NCBI GenBank assembly: GCA_003232445.1 | Contig: QIJM01000245.1 | Span: 1 to 50,499 of the forward strand | Direction of reading: 5' to 3' | DNA length: 50,499 nucleotides | Origin: Paraglaciecola arctica | GTDB taxonomy: Bacteria; Pseudomonadota; Gammaproteobacteria; Enterobacterales; Alteromonadaceae | In this document: positions 31,321 through 38,754 of the stretch, piece after piece | How the letters are laid out: each line of letters begins with the position of its first letter | Position numbering within the stretch: position 1 is the stretch's first letter | Translations under genes and position numbers: made by a program | Notes under the pieces: model-generated | Database searches by the model: none | What the model saw: only the letters and a program-made list of their open reading frames with translations | Told to the model about the DNA's origin: nothing

Positions 31321-32604
31321 TTAATTTTGTCTAATCGTTTTAATCAAAAGTATGACATCTGAACGTTTTAATAATAAGTAGTCAAAAGGGCTCCCACCAT
31401 ATTTGTTAGTTACGCTGAAAATAATGATACTCGTCAACACTACGTTCGTAATAGCCAATACCAAAACCACACCATTTAATCCATAATTTTCAAACGCGAT
31501 AATTGACAGTGACGATGACATTAACAGACCCAGTAAATACCAAACTGCCACAGTGAGTGGTTTGAAAATGATCGCCAGCGTAGGGAATATAACCGTCGGG
31601 ATAATACCTAGTACTGCAGCTACTATCGCAATCCGATAAAGGTTCTCAAAGCCTGTAAATTCATTGCCTAAAGCTAATGGCAAAATGATTGGTGCTAAAG
31701 GGATACAAAATAAACCAAAAATTGTCAGGAGGAATAAAGATGTTCTTAGTGTTTTCGCTGTGGAAGCAAGCCTCTCGCTTTGATTGGTGTTTCTAACATT
31801 TTTTGAAAATAGCACCAAGGATATTGCCAAGCCGATCTCTGTTAATACTTCTGCTAAGCGATTGACTCCAAAGTAAGCTCCCGCACTGGATGACCCGTCC
31901 ATAAAACTGACAACATAAAAACCTGTCTTTTTATATGCAATCATCAATAGCGCGCCTAGCATGAATAATAGGCCGCGTTTAAAAATCTTTTTTGCTAGGT
32001 TTTTATCTATAGTTGGATCCGATGAACCTATATAATTTTTCATCCCGTGTAACAGGTACGCCGCGCCTAATAAGCTTGATAAAGCAAAGGCCCAAAGTGC
32101 AAATGTTAAGTTTAGGCTTCCAGTTAAGTAACCGACGAAGATACTAATAAATAAGAGTGTTTTTGGGATAAGCTCTGAACGGTTAATTTGAGCAATGTTA
32201 CCGTCTCCTAAATGTATGCCTTGCGCCATCCGAATAAATAGCAGTGACGCAGTTATGACTACTATTGGGTAATGGAGGTTAGTTGTGGATGACTCTAGTC
32301 CTGAGTAGTTAAAACTAATCCAACACAGTGCAACCATCAAGGGAAATAGTAGTACCCAACTCAGTAACAAAATATTTGCAGAAAAGGTGACTTGCTTCGG
32401 AGATTTACCAATATAAAATGCCGAGGAGTTTCTAAAGCCCGTATCCAACAGCACAGATAAAAGCAAAGATGTAGTGAAAATAAACCCATATAGACCGAAT
32501 TCTTCAATGCTTAAGTTACGAGCTAATATGATAAAAGTAAATAAATTGAGACCTTTGGTACCAAACTTAGTCAATACCGTTAAAAAAATGTCCTTCATTA
32601 ACAA
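31321..32604 (-). CDS. Wzx-type flippase
   Basis: ILARNLSIEEFGLY N-terminus, about 12 hydrophobic segments; EPS context. Confidence 0.85.
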   Translation of the reverse strand: MLMKDIFLTVLTKFGTKGLNLFTFIILARNLSIEEFGLYGFIFTTSLLLSVLLDTGFRNSSAFYIGKSPKQVTFSANILLLSWVLLFPLMVALCWISFNYSGLESSTTNLHYPIVVITASLLFIRMAQGIHLGDGNIAQINRSELIPKTLLFISIFVGYLTGSLNLTFALWAFALSSLLGAAYLLHGMKNYIGSSDPTIDKNLAKKIFKRGLLFMLGALLMIAYKKTGFYVVSFMDGSSSAGAYFGVNRLAEVLTEIGLAISLVLFSKNVRNTNQSERLASTAKTLRTSLFLLTIFGLFCIPLAPIILPLALGNEFTGFENLYRIAIVAAVLGIIPTVIFPTLAIIFKPLTVAVWYLLGLLMSSSLSIIAFENYGLNGVVLVLAITNVVLTSIIIFSVTNKYGGSPFDYLLLKRSDVILLIKTIRQN

Positions 32605-32619
32605 CGTTCCATTAATCTA

Positions 32620-33960
32620 TTACTCTGCTAAGTTGGTTAAATCCGCACAAAATACTTGTCTTTTGTTTTCGCTTACACCGTTCCAAATCACTCTATTGGA
32701 ATGACTCGACCATACAGGGTGAGGATCTATTCTGCAGGGACCGTCTAAACGTTTTGTATATACCTTTGAGATAACTGTTTCTTCGTCATTTTTTAAGTCA
32801 ATGAGTCTGATAGGGACATTGCCATCACTGTCGGTCAGTCCTTCACTTGTGTAGGCATCAGTTAATATATATCGCCCAGTTTTACTAAATGACGGATGCC
32901 CACCTCCTACAAACTCTGAGGATAAAATTTCTTTATCTCCTGTGTTTGCATTTATTTTGACAAAGCGCATGACTTTGCCGTTTAATTTTAAGTTCATCAA
33001 AATATGTTCGCCGTCATCTACCCAATTTGGGTGGTGGCCGCCTTTAGACCACTCTGCGTCTCTGACGACTAATTTTACTGCTTTGCTGATAAGGTCTATG
33101 GTCAATAATTGTAGGACGAAGCCAATCCGCTTGTTGACCGATTTGGCAAATAGGACAACGAGAAGTTTCGAATGTTGTTTGTTGACTTTAACGTTAAAGA
33201 TATAATAGGTGCCTCCATCTATCTTTTCTTGGTATCGCACTTGCTCAACTATGTCTTTAATTGACATAAATAGTTGTGTGGAGCCGTCTGTTAGGTTGGT
33301 TTTCCATATTCCTTCATTTTCAGATACGTTTTCAGTTTGTCTATGCCTCCCTATCACAGGCTCAGGTACGCCGTATCCAGGTATCAAGGCATTTATTAGC
33401 TTGAGGTTTGCACCGTAAGAGTAGCTTTTATCTTGCGTTAACGAATAGATTGGACCGTCCAGTTCGGATACCTCTAGGCTGTCGACATCGATTTTAATGC
33501 CTTTTGCTTGCTCATGGATCAGATCGTTGCAAAACACCACTCCAGAATTCTCTCCCCACTGCACATTGGCTCCAAGCTGAGCCCCCCATCCTAGTGTGTT
33601 GTATACTGCCCGGTAATCACCTGTTCTGATGTCAATAACACACACTTGAGCTAGGTCACCAGGGAAGGGGATACGCTCTAATATTGGCACTATCGTAACT
33701 AACAAAAAATTACCACAGGGACTGATTGGTTCAACATCAAAAAAAGTGGTCATACAGTTTACATGCTGTGGCGTTAGTATTTGAGTCGGGTAGTTACCTT
33801 TAACACTAAGAGGGCTGCCTTCGTATAGCTTGCCTAACTCAAATAAATTCTGTGACGGTTCTTTTTTTTTCTCAAGTAAGTATTTGATGACGTAACGTGC
33901 TCGCCTAGTTTCCCCTTTTAGAAGCCTTTTAAATGCTTTGAGATTAACAACAATATTCAC
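32620..33960 (-). CDS. Beta-propeller protein (TolB/oligogalacturonate-lyase-like) in EPS operon
   Basis: Repeated motifs GGHHPNW, GGGHPSF, RIDPHPVWS; FFDVEPISP; QLGANVQW; no obvious signal peptide. Confidence 0.6.
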   Translation of the reverse strand: MNIVVNLKAFKRLLKGETRRARYVIKYLLEKKKEPSQNLFELGKLYEGSPLSVKGNYPTQILTPQHVNCMTTFFDVEPISPCGNFLLVTIVPILERIPFPGDLAQVCVIDIRTGDYRAVYNTLGWGAQLGANVQWGENSGVVFCNDLIHEQAKGIKIDVDSLEVSELDGPIYSLTQDKSYSYGANLKLINALIPGYGVPEPVIGRHRQTENVSENEGIWKTNLTDGSTQLFMSIKDIVEQVRYQEKIDGGTYYIFNVKVNKQHSKLLVVLFAKSVNKRIGFVLQLLTIDLISKAVKLVVRDAEWSKGGHHPNWVDDGEHILMNLKLNGKVMRFVKINANTGDKEILSSEFVGGGHPSFSKTGRYILTDAYTSEGLTDSDGNVPIRLIDLKNDEETVISKVYTKRLDGPCRIDPHPVWSSHSNRVIWNGVSENKRQVFCADLTNLAE

Positions 33961-33981
33961 GTAAAATGATCCTTCAGGGGG

Positions 33982-34458
33982 TTATAGACTAATCTGCTCT
34001 GACAAATACTGCGTAAGCGCTGTCCTACTTGGTGGTGTCGAATTTCCACAGGGTTCGAGCTGATTTGATTTATCTAATAGTGAAAACAATGTTTGTTCAT
34101 CTTCAGCGATGTGAATGCCTTTGGTGCCTCTGAATTTCGCGACTGTTGCCATTTGGTGGTCATTTCTGTGTTCACTAAACGCTAATCTTCTGGGCATAAT
34201 TATCATGGGAAGGTTAAATTCGTGAGCGGTTATTATCGTGCCCATTCCTGCATGCCCAACGATAACCGTTGCTGAGGAGACTAATGTGGTGTATTCAGAA
34301 GGACTTAAAAAGTCTTTTGTTTCCATGAATTCGAAAGACGTATTCGATGAGCAAGTCTGGGCGACTATATTTTCACCCCTATTTACTTCAGCCCATTTTT
34401 GAACCGATAAAAGCAACCTATCGAAAGGGAATTGCGTACCAGTTGTAACAAAAATCAT
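33982..34458 (-). CDS. Alg13/PssE/CpsG-like glycosyltransferase subunit
   Basis: MIFVTTGTQFPFDRL, HAGMGTII, EHRNDHQ; start corrected to ATG 34458. Confidence 0.9.
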   Translation of the reverse strand: MIFVTTGTQFPFDRLLLSVQKWAEVNRGENIVAQTCSSNTSFEFMETKDFLSPSEYTTLVSSATVIVGHAGMGTIITAHEFNLPMIIMPRRLAFSEHRNDHQMATVAKFRGTKGIHIAEDEQTLFSLLDKSNQLEPCGNSTPPSRTALTQYLSEQISL

Positions 34459-34465
34459 AGTGACC

Positions 34466-34915
34466 TCAAAATACAGAACCTTTGAAAAAAATATTTTCCT
34501 CAGCCAAATGTTCCCACTGAGTGAGCACAATATGAGCAAATTTCTTGGATATTTTACCCCCCATTGATAGCCTTTCAGAATTTGCAACGCTATCAACCCA
34601 AATAGTTTTGGAGCCTATTAGTCTACCCACAAAAATGCCCAAAACACCGGGCGCAGCGCCTGTTGTGACAACAATGTGAGGCCTAAACTTGATCATTATG
34701 AATATTATTTGAAAGAGACATATCAGCACAGCGATTTTTTCATTTTGATTTGAATCCTTTACTATGACGTATTCAGAGATACCAGATTCCGCTGCAAGCC
34801 CCTCTATAGTGGTAACGTATTTAACCTTGTTATTGGCGAAGGCATCTTTGATAAGCATCAGTTGCTTCCAGTGTCCACCACCAGAGGCAATCGCAAGAAC
34901 TTTTTTGACTGTCAT
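34466..34915 (-). CDS. Alg14/PssD/CpsF-like glycosyltransferase subunit
   Basis: ASGGGHWKQL, TTGAAPG, WVDSVAN, TQWE. Confidence 0.9.
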   Translation of the reverse strand: MTVKKVLAIASGGGHWKQLMLIKDAFANNKVKYVTTIEGLAAESGISEYVIVKDSNQNEKIAVLICLFQIIFIMIKFRPHIVVTTGAAPGVLGIFVGRLIGSKTIWVDSVANSERLSMGGKISKKFAHIVLTQWEHLAEENIFFKGSVF

Positions 34916-34980
34916 ATTATACTTTTCATCTTTTATAGTGCTTTTGTAGATAACTGCCGCTCTCTAATTAGAAAGAGTTA

Positions 34981-36384
34981 TTAATAAACATGATTACCCA
35001 CAAATCCTCTAAAAATCGTAAATATCACAATCTTAAAATCAAACCACAACGACCAATTTCTAATGTAATGTAAGTCGTATCTGATACGCATCTCCATTTT
35101 TTCATCTGTATCAGTTTCGCCTCGCCATCCACTTACTTGTGCCCATCCGGTTATTCCGGGCTTCATCTTGTGCCTAAGCATGTAGTAGTCGATTTTCTTG
35201 CGATATTCTTCGTTGTGAGAAACAGCATGGGGTCTTGGCCCTACTACTGACATGTCACCCTGTAATACATTAAAAAACTGTGGGAGTTCATCTAAGGATG
35301 TTCTGCGTAAAAACGCCCCTAGTTTGGTAATGCGGGCGTCGCCTTTGGTGGCTTGCTTTACAACATCGCCATTGTCTTGAGTGGTCATTGAGCGGAATTT
35401 CCATATCCTGATTTTTATACCGTCCATTCCGTACCTATCTTGTTTAAAGATGGCAGGGCCTTTTGAGGTTAGCTTAATAGCCGCGGCAATGACTAACACT
35501 GGAATAGCAATGATACATAAAATAATGCTAGCAAGAATGATATCTTCTGCACGTTTTAATAATGATGAACCGCCTTTCATGGGGCTGTCGTAAACGCTGA
35601 TTGTCTGCATTTCACCTACATGGCCCATACGAGCATGTAACAGATTATAGGTAAACGTATCGGGGATAAGGTGTACGTCGACAGTTGTGTCCCCCAATAC
35701 TTTTAAAATCTTGTCGATACGAGCATTGGCAGACATAGGAAGTGCAATAAAGAGTATTTCAATTTCACCTCTTTGTGCCATTTTAACCCCTTCATCAATG
35801 CCACCTTTGTAATAATGTTCATAGCCAGGATTGAGTCGGTCTGCCGATCGTTCATCAAAGATAGCAGTGAGTTTGTAACCCGTTTCTGGATGGTGCTGTA
35901 TTTCGTTAATTAAGGTAATACCTCGCTCGGTTAGACCTATTACGCCTATGGAGCGAGTATTTAAGCCTTTCCTGCGAATAGAAAAAAGAATTTTGCGATA
36001 TATTACTCTCCACCCACAAAGCGCAATAGCAGTAGATATTATCCAAGAACCCAATACTATCCTTGAGAAATATTCTGACTCTTTGGTAAAAAATAAGAAC
36101 AAGAAAACGGGGAATAAAGTGAGACCCCAACTCGAGAATGCGTAAAACAGCATTTCCTTTAATGAGGCTGCTCGCCATGACCTATAAAGCGCAAATAGCT
36201 CAGCGAAAAAGGTATAACTAATGTTAGCAACCAAAGCGATGATAAAATACTTAGAGTCGTACTTACCAAGATAAAGAAGGCTAGCTAGAGCCAAGCATAT
36301 TTGTATTAAGGCAATATCTAAGAAGCGATACATAAACGCAAACTGATTAATATTGTTACTGACGGATCCGTCATTTTCACTCAT
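34981..36384 (-). CDS. wcaJ: Undecaprenyl-phosphate glucose phosphotransferase (priming GT)
   Basis: KRAEDI, KFRSM, RTSLDELPQF, VGPRPHA, KPGITGWAQVSGWRGETDT. Confidence 0.9.
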   Translation of the reverse strand: MSENDGSVSNNINQFAFMYRFLDIALIQICLALASLLYLGKYDSKYFIIALVANISYTFFAELFALYRSWRAASLKEMLFYAFSSWGLTLFPVFLFLFFTKESEYFSRIVLGSWIISTAIALCGWRVIYRKILFSIRRKGLNTRSIGVIGLTERGITLINEIQHHPETGYKLTAIFDERSADRLNPGYEHYYKGGIDEGVKMAQRGEIEILFIALPMSANARIDKILKVLGDTTVDVHLIPDTFTYNLLHARMGHVGEMQTISVYDSPMKGGSSLLKRAEDIILASIILCIIAIPVLVIAAAIKLTSKGPAIFKQDRYGMDGIKIRIWKFRSMTTQDNGDVVKQATKGDARITKLGAFLRRTSLDELPQFFNVLQGDMSVVGPRPHAVSHNEEYRKKIDYYMLRHKMKPGITGWAQVSGWRGETDTDEKMEMRIRYDLHYIRNWSLWFDFKIVIFTIFRGFVGNHVY

Positions 36385-36448
36385 TTACAACATCCATTAA
36401 ATCTAGACGCTGAGTCTCGTCTATTTGTTACTACAAAAGGGTTCATGA

Positions 36449-37513
36449 TTAGCATGCACTCATATGCTGTTTTAATCTGTCACCAACATTCTCCAAGTTA
36501 CTTAAGCCACTCCTATAGCTAATTTTGAATAAAGGTATCGACTCCAATATTTCAGCTAAACTTGTTAGCCTTTCCATTTCAATACCCATACTTACGTATG
36601 CGTTAGCTAGCATACTATTTTGCAACAATATCATTAGTGCGTTACTCGCACTGAGACGTTCAATTTTGCATTCTACGTTAGCCGCCTCTTCAAGCCGCTC
36701 TAAATAATATATTACTTTAAGTTGTGCTGGTTTGTGACGCCAAACATTGTTACTTTCGTCAAATTTAATTTCATATTTTGCAAACTTTTGGTGCACATGT
36801 TTTTTTTGTGGTGCAGCTATCAGAGGTTTGTCTTTCAGCAATACATCATTGATGCTGTATTCGTCCATTTCACCGACATTACTTCCACTATTACCATGTG
36901 TATCAACTTCCATGCCAATTAAACTATTTGCCATATCAGGCCATAAACGAACTTTTGGCCAGCTGGGATATATCGTAAATATGCCATCACCAGAAGGATG
37001 TATTGCCGCCATGTCATCGGTCATTAATTTGAACTGATGGCTAGCCAAAAGTGTAGTCAACGTAGATTTACCTGTTCTGCTTGGAGCAATAACAAGTGCT
37101 GAGTCATCATCCAGAGTAATAGCGTTAGCATGAATACAAGGTACGCCTTGTAATTCTAACCAACATGTTAACCCTAAGCTTTGTAGATAGTGCTCAAAAC
37201 CTGTTCCAGCCGACTGCCAGTCGATAAGCATTTCTGAGTCGTCGAATACGAACGACCCTTCACCTTCACATTTTACCGTGAGTCTGTGTTTATTGCCGTC
37301 TTTATACAATTCAACGAGCGACGAATACCTAGCTCCTTCATCTAACATTGTCCAAATTGGTAAAGAATTTGATTCGATCTCAACATCGTAATTTAATGTT
37401 ACGTTTAGATGAAATGGTAATTTTTTATTGTGTTTGGGTTCGCAGTTGTTGAATAGTAACTCTACACCATGTAGTGGCTCTAAAAACAATGGGGCACTCG
37501 GTTCTTTATCCAT
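36449..37513 (-). CDS. HPr-kinase-like P-loop kinase (type found in lasso clusters)
   Basis: IHANAI, P-loop APSRTGKST, LMTDD, RLWPD. Confidence 0.8.
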   Translation of the reverse strand: MDKEPSAPLFLEPLHGVELLFNNCEPKHNKKLPFHLNVTLNYDVEIESNSLPIWTMLDEGARYSSLVELYKDGNKHRLTVKCEGEGSFVFDDSEMLIDWQSAGTGFEHYLQSLGLTCWLELQGVPCIHANAITLDDDSALVIAPSRTGKSTLTTLLASHQFKLMTDDMAAIHPSGDGIFTIYPSWPKVRLWPDMANSLIGMEVDTHGNSGSNVGEMDEYSINDVLLKDKPLIAAPQKKHVHQKFAKYEIKFDESNNVWRHKPAQLKVIYYLERLEEAANVECKIERLSASNALMILLQNSMLANAYVSMGIEMERLTSLAEILESIPLFKISYRSGLSNLENVGDRLKQHMSAC

Positions 37514-37631
37514 TCAATATTCACACGCACTTAATGAGAAAACAGCATATAACCGAGAAAAAATAAAAATCATAGTTCTCAACATTTCAGTTGTTGACTC
37601 TTCATTTAAATAAATATTTATCGGTACCAAT

Positions 37632-37655
37632 AAAAAAAGCCCGCTGTAGCGGGCT
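37632..37655 (-). terminator. Intrinsic terminator after the lasso precursor gene
   Basis: Minus strand AGCCCGC-taca-GCGGGCT followed by a T run, 18 nt after the TAG. Confidence 0.85.
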
Positions 37656-37673
37656 ATTAAAAATAAACTAGCT

Positions 37674-37829
37674 CTAACCTTGGAAAGGATTACGCTTAGT
37701 ATGACCACCATTCTCGTCTGGAACACTTCCAGCAAAACCTTGAGTCAATTCAGCCAAACTACCAATTTTAGTTAGTTCAGGCTTTACGTACTCGTTTTTC
37801 TCATTCGTGCTTTTGATTAAATCAATCAT
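37674..37829 (-). CDS. Lasso peptide precursor (51 aa), not in ORF track
   Basis: MIDLIKSTNEKNEYVKPELTKIGSLAELTQ|GFAGSVPDENGGHTKRNPFQG; GGAGAG RBS, YxxPxL motif, Gly at -8, Thr at -2, Gly1, Asp8/Glu9; next to cyclase, B1 and B2. Confidence 0.93.
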   Translation of the reverse strand: MIDLIKSTNEKNEYVKPELTKIGSLAELTQGFAGSVPDENGGHTKRNPFQG

Positions 37830-37840
37830 GTAAACTCTCC

Positions 37841-38437
37841 TTAAGCCTGTTTGCGACGTGCATTCATTACTAAACCTAGTAGCGAAAGCATTAATATAGA
37901 AGCTGTTGCAGGTGCAGATACAGATACAGATACTAAATCTGTGTCGATCAAAAACCGAGTTTGACCATCTTCTATGCCTGTTAACGTTAAGGTTGAGTAA
38001 AGTTCGTCTTGAAGAAGACCACCAAACATAGAACCAATTGCTACGTCTGATACAAACTCTCTGCCCGAACCTGAACCATTTGCAGATGCATCACCAAATA
38101 GCGTATCGAATATGAAATTAGCGGGTAATAAATTAATAAACAATGATTCTAATGTTGCAGAGTTATTTATTAATGTCCAAGCTCCAACAACGATACCCCC
38201 CCCAGTAAGCTCGCCAAACGTATTGCCTTCTTGAACTAGAGTCCAACCTGTTCCAGACACACCGCCAGAGTCGGCAGTAAGCGCTTCCCAGGTTAACGTC
38301 TCAGTTGACATGTCGCTGAAGGTAGCAGTTACTTCAATGCCTGCCATATCAGCCCCAGTAACAAGGCTAATAAATCCTGCTTGTGCTTGACTTGCAGCAA
38401 ACATTGATAGAAATCCTACCAGTAAAAAATTTTTCAT
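37841..38437 (-). CDS. PEP-CTERM-type exported protein (variant VSAP motif)
   Basis: Signal peptide ending AQA, acidic G/S/T-rich body, C-terminal VSAPATASILMLSLLGLVMNARRKQA; GGAG RBS before ATG 38437. Confidence 0.8.
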   Translation of the reverse strand: MKNFLLVGFLSMFAASQAQAGFISLVTGADMAGIEVTATFSDMSTETLTWEALTADSGGVSGTGWTLVQEGNTFGELTGGGIVVGAWTLINNSATLESLFINLLPANFIFDTLFGDASANGSGSGREFVSDVAIGSMFGGLLQDELYSTLTLTGIEDGQTRFLIDTDLVSVSVSAPATASILMLSLLGLVMNARRKQA

Positions 38438-38629
38438 ATCCGTCTCCAAAAATTTAGGGTGTTTATGATCAATTAAAAAATCTAATTCATCAAAAGTTTT
38501 TAAATATACCTAAAGTTTTACAATAAATAAGTAAAACGTAATATATTCTTTTTAATACAAAGTCTTACAGGGTCGAGTATATTATATTTTACCATTTTAA
38601 GGCTTTGAGTGTTAATTCAGTCCGTAAGT

Positions 38630-38646
38630 TGTAAAAAATTCCGACA
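38630..38646. promoter_or_regulatory. TGT-N11-ACA enhancer-like site (PEP-CTERM box type)
   Basis: TGTAAAAAATTCCGACA about 190 nt upstream of the PEP-CTERM gene. Confidence 0.5.
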
Positions 38647-38754
38647 TTATTAATTTTTGACGTTTATACGCCTATTTTTAGTTGGCTAATTTAAAGTTAT
38701 CTGTAGTATATTATTGATATACTTGAAATTATATTGCAAAGGTTGGGAAAAGTA

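Noticed and set aside
34459-34596. N-terminal extension of the Alg13-like ORF
   Set aside because: Overlaps the Alg14-like gene; the family starts at MIFVT (34458)
34950-34965. ops/JUMPstart element in the EPS operon
   Set aside because: AGCGGCAG is a poor match to GGCGGTAG and lies mid-operon
37612-37630. Sigma-54 promoter for the kinase (TTGGTAC on minus strand)
   Set aside because: No GC or GA at the -12 position
37514-37735. 73-aa minus-strand ORF in the track
   Set aside because: Different frame from the precursor, runs through the terminator, no recognisable motif; the 51-aa ORF has the RBS and lasso motifs
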